From the NCBI GenBank assembly GCA_964562415.1, contig CAZLTR010000001.1:4531-60514 (forward strand): a stretch of 55,984 nucleotides of DNA, read 5' to 3'. The DNA comes from an uncultured Hyunsoonleella sp. (lineage in GTDB: Bacteria; Bacteroidota; Bacteroidia; Flavobacteriales; Flavobacteriaceae). The notes under the pieces were generated by a model. That model worked only from the letters and a program-made list of their open reading frames with translations. It was not told the DNA's origin and made no database searches. The first letter of the stretch is position 1. The number at the start of each line of letters is the position of its first letter. Of the stretch, positions 37,210 through 48,294 are shown piece after piece. The position numbers and the translations under genes were made by a program.

Positions 37210-40200
37210 ATGATAGAAAGACGAAAAGGAACCATACAACGCCAACGCATTACTCATAATCTGCTAAACCCCGAGTTTAAGATAGACCAGCGTTCCTTTG
37301 AAGACATTTTAGCTTACATTGTAGCTTATGTCGAACATATAAATTTTATAAATACGTCTAATACTGTAGACGGCAACTGGAAAGCAATCATAGAACAGGA
37401 TCCTGTTATCTACAGTATTGGCATTATAAAAGCACCTGTTAACAACCTTCATGTTATAAATGACACCCCGCAAAAACGTATCGCGACCTTACTAGATTGG
37501 TACGATACAATAGAAGTATGGTATCATAAATTGCTTTACTTTAAAATAGATGTACTTGCCGATAAAATAGGCAATGTTTTACGTGATGTCCTCTTAGATA
37601 AAAAAACAGCACTTTTAAAAGCTCAAACGTCTACAGAAACGGTAGCACCAAAAGACGAAGCAGGCTCGTCTTTAGACTTAGATGAGGTGACGCACACCTT
37701 TAGAAAAATGATTCTCTACATTCAAAATTTCACGAGTCATTTTTTACAACAAAATGTGTTTTCACAAAACAACCACATGCCTAACAATGCCATGTACATT
37801 ACATTTGCCATCCTGTTTCATAAAATTCAGGAGCAAATGAATGCTTTAGGGCAAAGGCATTTAGATTTTTACTATAAAGACATTTTACAGCAAACACCTG
37901 CCGCAGGCATTCCAACACAAACCGTAGTTTGCTTTGAGCTTACCCCTAAGTCTAAAGGCATGCGTCTCCCAAAACATACGGCTTTAAGTGCAGGAAAATT
38001 GTTTAATAGCAAACAAAATATTGTTTTCGAAACCCAAAAACCTATTGAAGTGGTACCAATGCGCATCGTTTCTCTGGAAACCCTTTATTTTAATAAAAGT
38101 CCATTTATTAAAATAGGCACCAATACCCCTACCATTTCAAATATTATTAAAACCACTCATATTAAAAAAGGAAAGCCTGTTACCGTTTTAAACAACACCC
38201 CTCTATTTGGTGCTAATGAAGATACATTAGTAACCGCTACCATTTCGGAAGACACAGCTACCGATATAGGTTGTATCATCGCTTCTCCTGTTTTATTTCT
38301 AGAAGAAGGTCATAGAGAGGTCACCCTAACATTTCATCTAGACCAAAGGACTTCTAAAGCCTACTTATGGCAAGTATTGCATGATATGGCAGCGAATTTA
38401 GAAGATCCGTTTGATGTGGTATTTAACAACACATTCGAAAAAGCATTCTCTATCTCATATTCTACAGCTACAGCCTGGATCACATTGCCTAAATATACTG
38501 TGAGTTACAACGAGGCAGAATCTCTTTTTACTATACGTTTCTCCATTGAAGCAACCGCACCAAGTGTAGACGCCTTAACTACAGCCACGCATACCAAATT
38601 CCCTATGGTTAAGATCGTATTAGACCCTTATGCTCCTGTGTATACCTATTCCTTTTTTAAACATTTAGCCTTAGAAGCTATTACCATAGATACACACGTT
38701 AAAGCTGTTAAAAACCTAGCCTTGTATAATCCTGTGGGTAAAATGCCGCTCACCAAATCATTTCACCTATTTGGGGCTGCGCCCGAGGTTGGTAATTACC
38801 TCATGGTGGGTAAAAGTGAACTCTTTAAAAAGGAACTTACCGCTTTAAATATCACAATAGATTGGGACAACCTCCCTGAAGACTATGGCGGATTTAATAG
38901 TTATTACGAAGCCTATAGCCCCCCTATTACCAATGATGCATTTCTAATTGGTATTACGGCGCTTTCTAATGGGTACTGGTTGCCTATGCACCCTTCTGAA
39001 GTGGTTAAAGTACCTTTATTTGAAACGCTTCCAGCAACCACACCCGAAGGCTACAATGAGGTTGTTCTAGCGCCCAAAAGCACTATAGCCATTACAGCAT
39101 TAGATACCTATAAGCTTTCTAGAAATTACCACCTTAGTGACCCCATTCGCTATGATGTGCATACGCATTCTGGATTCTTTAAACTTGAATTAAGTGCTCC
39201 AAAATATGGCTTTGGCAAATCGGTTTACCATAAAACTTACAGAGCAGTTGCGGCTTATAATGCTAAAAACGAAGACAGTAAACCTTTACCTAATCCGCCT
39301 TTCATTCCTAAAGTAAAACAAGTTTCATTAGATTATGCCGCTACAGATACCATTTATTTTAATAATGCATTCGATGACAGCTCGTCTAGCGTACAAGGCA
39401 ATTACATGCACATTACTCCATTTGGTATAGAAACTATTGTAAAAGACAGCAGTGTGTACGACAATAGTATGTTTAGCAATTTTGAAGGGTCTGGATACCT
39501 GTATTTAAAACTCTCTAAATTAAAGCAAACACAAACCATAACGCTATTTTTCGATCTTAAAAATGATACCCCCGATAATAACACACAACCTGATAATATT
39601 AGCATTGAATATAAAAAAATGGACCGTTGGGTGTCTCTATCTTCAAAACACATTATCTCTGATGGTACTGCACAATTAACGACCTCTGGTATTATAGAAT
39701 TGGTGCTGCCTTATTTTGAAGACGGCCCTCAAGACACAGGATACGAACTGCGCTTTATAGCTAAAGCACAAGCCTACACCTATCCCAAAATTCTTGGGGT
39801 ATATCTCAATGCGGTTACCGCTACCTGTACCAGTACAAATGCCGAAATTATAGGTCAAACACTACCTGCCTACAGCATTCATAAACCCATCACTAAAATT
39901 GTTAACTTAAAAAAAATCATACAGCCCGCCCCTTCTTATGGCGGAACCCCACCTACACCTAACGAATGGTTTTATACCAAAGTTAGTGAACGCTTAAGAC
40001 ATAAAGACAGAGCACTAACCCTATGGGATTTCGAGCATTTAATATTACAGCATTTCCAAGAGGTCATCGCTGTAAAATGTACAAATTTAAATGCGCTTTT
40101 TAAACCCCGTGCGGGCCATGTAAAACTCATTGTCTTATCTCAACATTGGAAACATAACGACCACCATTATTTTAACACCAATACGCTTCAGGCCATTCAT

Positions 40201-40809
40201 AGCTTCATCTCGCAAAAGGCCAATGCATTTATTAAGATAGAGGTGCAAAACCCAAAAGTCGAGTGGCTGCTTGTTAACTGTTTCGTCACTTTTAAGCAAG
40301 GTTCTCAAGGCGGTTATTACCACCAGGCCTTAAATTCAGAAATTAGCGATTACTTATGCCCGCTATCGCATAGTGATTCTACGACAATAGAAGGTATAGG
40401 CGCCACAGTAGTGCCGCGAATGCTAAGAAGTCACATCGAAAACCTAACTTATATTGAAACTATAAAACAAATTGAAATTGAGCATATAGTTAAAAAAAGC
40501 TTGGACAATTTTTCGGTAAAGGTCTATAAAGAAAATGAAGCGATTAGCCCTAGCACCCCTTGGTCTATTTTAGCACCTAAACCAAAGCATAACATTTATA
40601 CTGCCAACTTGCTAAAAGATACAACAGCAAAAGAAGTAGAAAATGAGAATTTACAAATTGGTGTTGATTATATTATAGCATCAGATTTTGAACCCCAACC
40701 ACCAACCACAACACCTACTGCGAAAGTGTCTGCTGCGCCACCTAAACATACAACTGAGCCAGAAACCACTCCAAAAATTAATACCATTTTAAATTTTAAA
40801 ATAGAATAA
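37210..40809 (+). CDS. Baseplate J-like protein (Afp11-like)
   Basis: RHLDFYYKDIL, ASPVLFLEEGHR, SDGT..LTTSGII, FYTKVSERLRHKDRALTLWDFEHLILQHF. Confidence 0.9.
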   Translation: MIERRKGTIQRQRITHNLLNPEFKIDQRSFEDILAYIVAYVEHINFINTSNTVDGNWKAIIEQDPVIYSIGIIKAPVNNLHVINDTPQKRIATLLDWYDTIEVWYHKLLYFKIDVLADKIGNVLRDVLLDKKTALLKAQTSTETVAPKDEAGSSLDLDEVTHTFRKMILYIQNFTSHFLQQNVFSQNNHMPNNAMYITFAILFHKIQEQMNALGQRHLDFYYKDILQQTPAAGIPTQTVVCFELTPKSKGMRLPKHTALSAGKLFNSKQNIVFETQKPIEVVPMRIVSLETLYFNKSPFIKIGTNTPTISNIIKTTHIKKGKPVTVLNNTPLFGANEDTLVTATISEDTATDIGCIIASPVLFLEEGHREVTLTFHLDQRTSKAYLWQVLHDMAANLEDPFDVVFNNTFEKAFSISYSTATAWITLPKYTVSYNEAESLFTIRFSIEATAPSVDALTTATHTKFPMVKIVLDPYAPVYTYSFFKHLALEAITIDTHVKAVKNLALYNPVGKMPLTKSFHLFGAAPEVGNYLMVGKSELFKKELTALNITIDWDNLPEDYGGFNSYYEAYSPPITNDAFLIGITALSNGYWLPMHPSEVVKVPLFETLPATTPEGYNEVVLAPKSTIAITALDTYKLSRNYHLSDPIRYDVHTHSGFFKLELSAPKYGFGKSVYHKTYRAVAAYNAKNEDSKPLPNPPFIPKVKQVSLDYAATDTIYFNNAFDDSSSSVQGNYMHITPFGIETIVKDSSVYDNSMFSNFEGSGYLYLKLSKLKQTQTITLFFDLKNDTPDNNTQPDNISIEYKKMDRWVSLSSKHIISDGTAQLTTSGIIELVLPYFEDGPQDTGYELRFIAKAQAYTYPKILGVYLNAVTATCTSTNAEIIGQTLPAYSIHKPITKIVNLKKIIQPAPSYGGTPPTPNEWFYTKVSERLRHKDRALTLWDFEHLILQHFQEVIAVKCTNLNALFKPRAGHVKLIVLSQHWKHNDHHYFNTNTLQAIHSFISQKANAFIKIEVQNPKVEWLLVNCFVTFKQGSQGGYYHQALNSEISDYLCPLSHSDSTTIEGIGATVVPRMLRSHIENLTYIETIKQIEIEHIVKKSLDNFSVKVYKENEAISPSTPWSILAPKPKHNIYTANLLKDTTAKEVENENLQIGVDYIIASDFEPQPPTTTPTAKVSAAPPKHTTEPETTPKINTILNFKIE

Positions 40810-40832
40810 CCATTTAACACCCTATAGAACTT

Positions 40833-41612
40833 GTGAATATAAAATTATTAAACAGACAAAGCCTTAAATCACTATTTGGTGCAGGCGCTAGACCAAAAGA
40901 AAGTAATTTCTCTAGCCTTATAGATTCTATGGTTAATAAAATCGATGACGGCATTTCAAAAAATGAGGAAGATGGTTTAATCCTCGCTCCAGAAGGCAAA
41001 ACCTCTAACCGCGTAATTAGTATTTATGATAATGTAGAAAATGAACGTCCCGAATGGAGCATTACCTTAGATCAAGATAATAACAAAAGTCTTTCCATTG
41101 TTTCGCCTATCACAGCAAAAGAAGCAACACCTGCCATAACATTTACAAAATCGGGTGCGATAGGCATTGGTACTAAGACCCCAAAAACCAATATCGATGT
41201 TGCCGAAACCTTGGGCACTAACATGCGTGTAGGTACACATAAAATAGGAACAGTCCTCGCTAATGGCGAATGGCACGATGTCGTTACAAATTTAGATGGT
41301 TGCGTTGCTTTTGAAGTCATGGCGCAAGTAGGTAAAGAAAAAGCAGGACGTTATGCCTTGTTGCATGCACATGCGCTAAGTACTTTTGGAAAATCACGAC
41401 ACAAAATATCCAAAACCCAGGCCCATTATGGCTGGTTTTGGAATAAAATTGCCATTCGCTTTACAGGAACCACCTATAATTATAAACTCCAGCTTAAAAC
41501 CCGATCCGATTATGGTTATGGGCACCACATCCGTTTCCATATTGGCAAATTATGGGATACCAATATGAGTCAATTGTTTCCAAACGATCCACCTTCTAAA
41601 ACAAAATCCTAA
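40833..41612 (+). CDS. Short tail-fibre-like protein (Afp13-type N-terminal anchor)
   Basis: RQSLKSLF.AGARPKESNFSSLIDS resembles the Afp13/Pvc13 N-terminus; one GAIGIGTKTP fibre-like repeat. Confidence 0.55.
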   Translation: MNIKLLNRQSLKSLFGAGARPKESNFSSLIDSMVNKIDDGISKNEEDGLILAPEGKTSNRVISIYDNVENERPEWSITLDQDNNKSLSIVSPITAKEATPAITFTKSGAIGIGTKTPKTNIDVAETLGTNMRVGTHKIGTVLANGEWHDVVTNLDGCVAFEVMAQVGKEKAGRYALLHAHALSTFGKSRHKISKTQAHYGWFWNKIAIRFTGTTYNYKLQLKTRSDYGYGHHIRFHIGKLWDTNMSQLFPNDPPSKTKS

Positions 41613-41694
41613 CAGTACTCTTTTGTAACAGGTCTACATCTACGGCTATAGGCCTTACCATACCTAGAACCACTAATACTGCACTATCGCAACC

Positions 41695-44565
41695 ATGATA
41701 TACAACGAACATATGAATGACAAAGGGTATATTTCTAAATTAAAAAAAGGCACTAGTCTTTATGAAACCTTACACGAAGAGGCTTTAGAGATTTTACAAA
41801 AGCTAAGTGGTGGCGTTTGGACAGATTATAACGAACATGACCCTGGTGTCACTTTACTAGAAAATATAGCCTATGCCATTACCGAAATAGCGCATAAAAT
41901 AAAACTACCCATTGAAGACCTATTGCAGTCTTCTAAAGGCAATGCCTTGGCCTCTGGCGATAATGGTTTTTTTACAGCGTCTGATATTTTAACCACTAAC
42001 CCTGTTACTTTTAACGACTATAGAAAATTGTGGATCGATCAGATTAGTAATGTAAAAAATGTTTGGGTAAGCCCAGTAAGTGATTACCATACAGACTTAG
42101 ATACTGTAAAAGGCCTACTGCATATTTTTGTTCAGAAATACGAGTACCAAACCAACCCTAATCAAGAACAGATTGAAAATAATCGCATTCGCAAAGACAT
42201 ACAAACCCTATACAACAGTAACCGTAACCTTTGCGAATCCCTATATGCCATAGAGGTATCCCAGTCATTAACATTTACTATAGATTTTAAAATAAGGCTC
42301 TTAGATCTTGTAGATAGCGAAGAAGTTTTAGCCGCTATTTTATACCGAATCAATGCATATCTGGCACCAGAGGTAGGCTATTATGCCTTACGCCAACTGC
42401 AGCAAGAACACTGCCCTACCAATACTATTTTTAACGGCCCCCTACTCTCTAATGGTTTTATTAAAGACGAAGACCTACAAGCGCCTTTAGACGTTATAGA
42501 AATCTCTGAAATTATAAAACGCATTTCAAAAATCCCTGGGGTAGTTAGCATTAACGACTTTCAATTGCATTACAAAGATAGAGCCACTCATACACTGCAT
42601 ACGGTTAGAGAACAGTTTCGTATGCCTAAAAATACTACAGCAAGTGTATTATTTCCAGAGACTAATGATGGTTTAATTTTTGAAAACTCTGGCGTGTCTT
42701 TTAAACCCGATTTAAAGGCTACTAAAAAGCAACTTGCTTTTATTCAAGCCTTAGATGACAGTAAATTTAAAGCAGCCTCTAATTCCTTAAATAGCATTCC
42801 TATACCAGAAGGCAAGCTACAAGATATCGACTACCATTACCCCATTAGGAAACAACTTCCAGAACTTTATGGCGTAGGTGAAAGAGGAATTAGCGCTAAG
42901 GCCTCTGCCTTAAGACAAGCCCAGGTTAAACAATTACAAGGTTATTTACTGCCGTTTGACCAAATTATCATCAACTTTTTGGCCCAATTGAGTCATATTT
43001 ATACCCTTTACGACGTTGCCAATAATACAGACCGTTCGTATTTTACCAACCCTCTACCCGATGCTAAAGCACTTTTAGACCTACTCGCCCCACCAACAGA
43101 ACCTCAACTAGACAACGATGCCGCCATTATTGCCTATTGGACCAAGTTAACTTATGATTTGAATGTATTTTTTGACTATAATGCACCAGACCGTTTAAAC
43201 AAAGTTGCAGACCACTTATTGGCCAGGCATGGTGAAACCTTTAAAACCTTTGCGCTCTATAAAATTAATTCGTCTAGTTATGGCAGTGCCATAGACAGCC
43301 CTACCTTTAAAAAAACGTCATTAACAGCAAAACAAGAACTTATTAAACACTATGCAAATATAAGTTACCACAGGTCCACCTCATTCAATATTCAAAGTAC
43401 GGCACTGCTGCCCAAAAATCCAGAACAGCAAGCCACTCCTGGACTCCTAAAAAAAATAGCTTTGCTCATGGGGATTTCTAATTTTGAAATTAAATCCTTA
43501 ACCCAGTCTATTGCAACATCGGGCATTCAAATACACCCCGAAACTATCGAAATTGATCTTGTTGTGGAAACGGTGTCCCCTTTAGAAACTATTGTTGTAG
43601 AAACCCCTGTTATTAAAGAGGAAACCAAAGAAAACTTAGCCTTATACATGCACTTTGTGGGAGATAAAGACCATATTTTAGAGCAGGTACTTCGGGAAGG
43701 TATTAGGGCCGATAGCTATACCGTTACGCAAAACAAAGCTAAGGAAGCACTTTTTTATGTACTGCACCAAAGTGGTAATAACACCTCACATATCGCACAC
43801 AGTACAACCACAAAAGAGGCCGCTCACAAAGCAATACAAAAAACAATACAATATCTCGTTAACCTCAGTCAAAATAGTGAAGGTTTTTTTATGCTGGAGC
43901 ATGTGCTATTGTTACCCCCTTACAGTGGAAATCATTTTGGATTTGATATAATACTCTCTAGCTTAGACCCAAAAATAGATATTACACTCACCCAAGTAGA
44001 AACAACTGCTTTTGCAGAGCGCAATGCCACAATCGCACAATTACATCAAGGGCTTATAGACCAAACCATCCTCTTAGAGACCCAAAAAACCTCTGCTGGT
44101 TATGTCCTTACTTTAAGCCATACTGAAGGTACGGTTTTGGCAGTATCGAAACACGCTAAAGCCTCAAAAACAGAACTAGAAGCACAACGCAGACAACTTC
44201 AAAATGAAGATTTCACACGAGCAAAAACAGCACTTGAAGCCGCAACGGTTTGTCAGGTTTATTACAAAGAACACGCAGTAGAAGAGCGCTTTTTCTCTTT
44301 CAGACTAAGTTTTATAATGCCCTCATGGCCAGTACGCTTTCAAAACCCTAATTTTAGAAGTAGTTTTGAAAATACCTGCTACGAAAACGTTCCTATTCAT
44401 ATCTATTCCAGTACCCATTGGCTCCCTTACCAACAGATGTTAGATTTTGAAAACCATTACTTCAAGTGGCTTGCTATATTGCAAGAAGACCCTACATCTG
44501 AAGCCTTTCTCTACAACGCATACGAACTCATACAACAGTTGCAACAATTTGGCAGCAAATACTAG
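41695..44565 (+). CDS. Baseplate protein (Afp12-like)
   Basis: WTDYNEHDPGVTLLE, NPVTFNDYRKL, RNLCE, QLQGYLLPFDQ, EGFFMLEHVLL, PSWPVRFQ. Confidence 0.9.
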   Translation: MIYNEHMNDKGYISKLKKGTSLYETLHEEALEILQKLSGGVWTDYNEHDPGVTLLENIAYAITEIAHKIKLPIEDLLQSSKGNALASGDNGFFTASDILTTNPVTFNDYRKLWIDQISNVKNVWVSPVSDYHTDLDTVKGLLHIFVQKYEYQTNPNQEQIENNRIRKDIQTLYNSNRNLCESLYAIEVSQSLTFTIDFKIRLLDLVDSEEVLAAILYRINAYLAPEVGYYALRQLQQEHCPTNTIFNGPLLSNGFIKDEDLQAPLDVIEISEIIKRISKIPGVVSINDFQLHYKDRATHTLHTVREQFRMPKNTTASVLFPETNDGLIFENSGVSFKPDLKATKKQLAFIQALDDSKFKAASNSLNSIPIPEGKLQDIDYHYPIRKQLPELYGVGERGISAKASALRQAQVKQLQGYLLPFDQIIINFLAQLSHIYTLYDVANNTDRSYFTNPLPDAKALLDLLAPPTEPQLDNDAAIIAYWTKLTYDLNVFFDYNAPDRLNKVADHLLARHGETFKTFALYKINSSSYGSAIDSPTFKKTSLTAKQELIKHYANISYHRSTSFNIQSTALLPKNPEQQATPGLLKKIALLMGISNFEIKSLTQSIATSGIQIHPETIEIDLVVETVSPLETIVVETPVIKEETKENLALYMHFVGDKDHILEQVLREGIRADSYTVTQNKAKEALFYVLHQSGNNTSHIAHSTTTKEAAHKAIQKTIQYLVNLSQNSEGFFMLEHVLLLPPYSGNHFGFDIILSSLDPKIDITLTQVETTAFAERNATIAQLHQGLIDQTILLETQKTSAGYVLTLSHTEGTVLAVSKHAKASKTELEAQRRQLQNEDFTRAKTALEAATVCQVYYKEHAVEERFFSFRLSFIMPSWPVRFQNPNFRSSFENTCYENVPIHIYSSTHWLPYQQMLDFENHYFKWLAILQEDPTSEAFLYNAYELIQQLQQFGSKY

Positions 44566-44571
44566 TGATTT

Positions 44572-47500
44572 TTGAAAATTCCTGAAACACATATTATTAA
44601 AAGCTTAACCTATTCACTCTCCCTAGATGATGAAGAAGAAGCGCATGCCTATCCATCTAAAATTAGCCGTATGCAAGCGCATCACATTGAAGTCCTCTTA
44701 ACTAAAGTCATGGATGCGTATCATAGTCCAGAATATCTCGATCAATACGATAGCATTACATTAGAATTGGGCACAATACCTGCATCTAACTTTGAAACAG
44801 AGCTCCGTTATAAAATCGAAGAGCATTTTAGCGCATTTTTTAAAACCAACATAACATTGCATGATACGCTTGTAAACGGCAAACGTACGGCATTAAAACA
44901 TACACAATTAGACCACCTATTGTTCTTCCTAAAATATGGACATTTACCTTGGGCTGCAGCAACGGGTCTTAGTCCAAAAACACTATTAATCAACGCACTA
45001 CAACACCATAAAGACACTCTTATTGCGCATTTAAAAACTTTAGGACTAAAAGCTGGCAGCAAACAACGTTTAATCACACAATTCGACGACGCAACTTTAG
45101 AATCTCTTACAGAAGCCATTTTAAAAGACGAAGGCCCTTTGATTAATGCAGCGCGCCAAGAACTCACAAACTATCAAAAGTATACACCTATCTCTAACGT
45201 AAATGCCTCTCAATTTCGATTGGCCGTTTGGGAACTCACTCTAGAATATGTTTTAACAACCACCAAAGGCATTTCTAACGGCATGCGTTTTTTAAGCTAT
45301 CTCATGCCTAAAATTGCGTTGCGCTATAATCTTAGTTATAAGGACTTATTGAAACATATCGCTTTAGGCATCCTAGAAAATACAAAGCCTCAAAACTCTA
45401 AATCGGTATTCGAACAACTTATCCTTACCCTTTACGGCAAAATAGAAACGGCACACAGCAAGCTGCAATTAAAAACCGCAGATACTGATGAAAATTTTAT
45501 AAGCATCTTAGCCTTTTTTTTAAAACACGAAGCCTTACCTGCTTACTGCACAATACAAAGTGCCTCTGTTTTTTACGAACAACTAAAAGCAACCTTGTAC
45601 CAAGATAAAGAGGCTTTTTACACCTTGTTTTTTTCCAATTTAAAAACGACACCATCTCAATGTATATCTGCTATAAAGCAGTTTCCTAATACTTTAATTA
45701 ATACCATTATCGCAAATGCAAACTCTAACGTATTTAGTGAGGCATTGGCATTTTATAAAATGCTAAATACTACAGCGCAGCATTTACAAATTACCTCTAT
45801 TACGCTTAACGCCTTAAACGCCCATTTTGGGATAATTGTATTGGATGCTTATAGTAAAAACACCAACACATCCAACCTTAGTGTTGTGTTAGTTTTAGAC
45901 CAAATTGTAAGGACTCAACCTATTGATGCTGGATTCCTTCAAATCTTAAAACATACAGCACAACTCCCTAAGTTTACGGCCAAACAAGATGTTTTACAGT
46001 CTATAGCCGCATTAACCACGTTACCTTTAGAGTCTTCTTCTAAGCGTTTCATCCCGAGTTTAACAACCTATGCAAAGCGCCTTTATACCTATTACCAAGG
46101 CAAACGCACTTTAACTTTAGAACAATTTGAAATGGAATTGTCACGGCAAGCCTATTTTAGAGCGACCTCTTATAAACTTGCACTTTCATTATTAGAAACT
46201 TACAACAAACAACAGGCTGCTACTGTTGAGACTTTAAGTGAATGGATACGTCTTCGTTTAATCCCTCTAGAAACAAAAGGCACCTCTAAAGCCGTTTTAA
46301 TTGCAGAAGTCACCCAACTATTACAGCTCACCGCTGCTGCGCCTAAACTGTTAAAAGCTGTAAGCCAAACCCAAAATGCACTCGCTACAACAAATACTTC
46401 GACATTAAACACTTCAAAACCAAAAAACAGCATCCCTAAAAGGGCCTGCAAACAATTCATCCAAGCTCTTAATCATGCCTTTTTTAAACGTTCAACACAA
46501 GATTTATATGTACATGTTAGGGCCTTACTTTTGGCATTTTCTAAAGAATACGAGGTTAGCGAAACCACTGTTCTAAGCAAACTTAAAACAGAAGCACCAC
46601 AATATAGTTATCGCATTTTAAAACATATCATATCTACAAACGCCAGTACAGTAGCAAATAAGCATACGGCTTTATATGACTTAGAATTATACTGTTTTTA
46701 TGCTAAGTATGGTAAATTACCTTGGTGGTCTGCCTCTAATATGCTTACAGACCTACAACATACTTTTAATGCAGTATTACAGATTTACCCTGAAAAATTC
46801 ATTGCCAATTTTAAAACATCATCTCATCAATCTCTATTAATGGCGCTTGTAGATAGCGCGATTTTTAATAGTATACTTATGCATGTGCACCCTAGAACAG
46901 GAACAGCTATCGTTGGTGTTTTTAAAGTTTTTGAAACCCTCTTAAAAAAAGACTTGTCTGGCATTAAACGGGCTACTTTAGCATTTACAACAACGCTTAA
47001 GCATGAGGTCTTAAAAATGGCGTTACAAACAAACACTCTAGAATGTGTTGCTGTTGCTAAACACCTTACGTTGCTGTGTGCCAAAAATATGACCCTGCCT
47101 AAAGCGCACATCCACCAATTATTATTGGGCAGGTTACAAGCCTTTCATACACATTATGAAGTGCTTCAACCCGTTATTCAATGGCTGTCTCATACTGTAA
47201 GCTTACCCGATACACCTGTACTCAATACCATAACTGCAAAAGCTAGCTTAGAAGATTGGAAAGCTACATTTGCTGTTACAGATGCACAGGCCTTAGTGGG
47301 GACTTTACACCGTTTTTATAAAGACCAACCGGAGATTTTTTATTCGTATTTAAGACAAATTACCTTTAGAACTCAACTTATAAAACAACTAAATTTTAGT
47401 ACCCAAAAGCGACTACTTACTTTACTTTTTCCTATTGCAGAGCACCATACACTACTGTTTTTTTTCGACACTTTTAAACAGCTACGTGGCGCTTTACAAA

Positions 47501-48294
47501 CGCCTATTTACCAACAGTTCTGGACCAATTTTATAGATCTGCTCTTCTTAAACAGGGCCATCGTCCCTGAAAAAACTTGGACAACGACACTATGGACACG
47601 CCTTTATTTTGAAAGCATACAAAGCCTGTCGCAAACTGATACGTCTGCTGTTTTTGAAACCGTACTGCAAACAACCGCATCTCGAAATGTTGCGGTAACC
47701 AAAGCGCTAAAGCGTTTCATAAAAGAAGACACAACAGCTGCTACAAATGTAACAACAGTCCTAGAAGTCCTAGAAGAAGAAACCATTGGCGATGCTATTT
47801 TTATAGAGAATGCTGGACTCGTTATTTTAGGGCCTTATATCCCTATGTTATTTGAGCGTATGCAACTTACCACACAAGGTGCTTTTAACGACACCTATTG
47901 CCAATGTAAAGCTCTGTATGCATTACAGTACGCTGCTACAGGAACTCTAGACCATAACGAACAAGCACTTGCGCTTAATAAACTAATTTGTGGTATGCCA
48001 CTTCACGCGCCAGTACGCGAGCTCCCCGAATTAACAGCTGCTGAAACCACACTTATCGATGGCATGCTTAACGCCATTATTTCGCATTGGAGTACCATTG
48101 GCAATACCTCTGTTGAAGGCTTAAGAAGCTCTTTTTTATACAGACCTGGACGCCTTATCATAGAAGAAAAAAAATACATCCTATCGGTTGAAGCACGCGC
48201 ATTCGATATGCTTCTAGATAGCATTCCATGGACGATAGGACAATTAAAATTACATTGGATGCCACAATTAATAGAAGTCTTATGGAGAACTTAA
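44572..48294 (+). CDS. CIS tape measure protein (Afp14-like)
   Basis: N-terminal HIIKSL...ITLELGTI; C-terminal IENAGLVILGPY, LNKLICG, WSTIGNTSVEGLRSSFLYRPG, FDMLLDSIPW..LHWM. Confidence 0.9.
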   Translation: MKIPETHIIKSLTYSLSLDDEEEAHAYPSKISRMQAHHIEVLLTKVMDAYHSPEYLDQYDSITLELGTIPASNFETELRYKIEEHFSAFFKTNITLHDTLVNGKRTALKHTQLDHLLFFLKYGHLPWAAATGLSPKTLLINALQHHKDTLIAHLKTLGLKAGSKQRLITQFDDATLESLTEAILKDEGPLINAARQELTNYQKYTPISNVNASQFRLAVWELTLEYVLTTTKGISNGMRFLSYLMPKIALRYNLSYKDLLKHIALGILENTKPQNSKSVFEQLILTLYGKIETAHSKLQLKTADTDENFISILAFFLKHEALPAYCTIQSASVFYEQLKATLYQDKEAFYTLFFSNLKTTPSQCISAIKQFPNTLINTIIANANSNVFSEALAFYKMLNTTAQHLQITSITLNALNAHFGIIVLDAYSKNTNTSNLSVVLVLDQIVRTQPIDAGFLQILKHTAQLPKFTAKQDVLQSIAALTTLPLESSSKRFIPSLTTYAKRLYTYYQGKRTLTLEQFEMELSRQAYFRATSYKLALSLLETYNKQQAATVETLSEWIRLRLIPLETKGTSKAVLIAEVTQLLQLTAAAPKLLKAVSQTQNALATTNTSTLNTSKPKNSIPKRACKQFIQALNHAFFKRSTQDLYVHVRALLLAFSKEYEVSETTVLSKLKTEAPQYSYRILKHIISTNASTVANKHTALYDLELYCFYAKYGKLPWWSASNMLTDLQHTFNAVLQIYPEKFIANFKTSSHQSLLMALVDSAIFNSILMHVHPRTGTAIVGVFKVFETLLKKDLSGIKRATLAFTTTLKHEVLKMALQTNTLECVAVAKHLTLLCAKNMTLPKAHIHQLLLGRLQAFHTHYEVLQPVIQWLSHTVSLPDTPVLNTITAKASLEDWKATFAVTDAQALVGTLHRFYKDQPEIFYSYLRQITFRTQLIKQLNFSTQKRLLTLLFPIAEHHTLLFFFDTFKQLRGALQTPIYQQFWTNFIDLLFLNRAIVPEKTWTTTLWTRLYFESIQSLSQTDTSAVFETVLQTTASRNVAVTKALKRFIKEDTTAATNVTTVLEVLEEETIGDAIFIENAGLVILGPYIPMLFERMQLTTQGAFNDTYCQCKALYALQYAATGTLDHNEQALALNKLICGMPLHAPVRELPELTAAETTLIDGMLNAIISHWSTIGNTSVEGLRSSFLYRPGRLIIEEKKYILSVEARAFDMLLDSIPWTIGQLKLHWMPQLIEVLWRT

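Noticed and set aside
48228-48281. ATPase start at 48228
   Set aside because: Would overlap the conserved tape-measure C-terminus by 67 nt; ATG 48282 is preferred.
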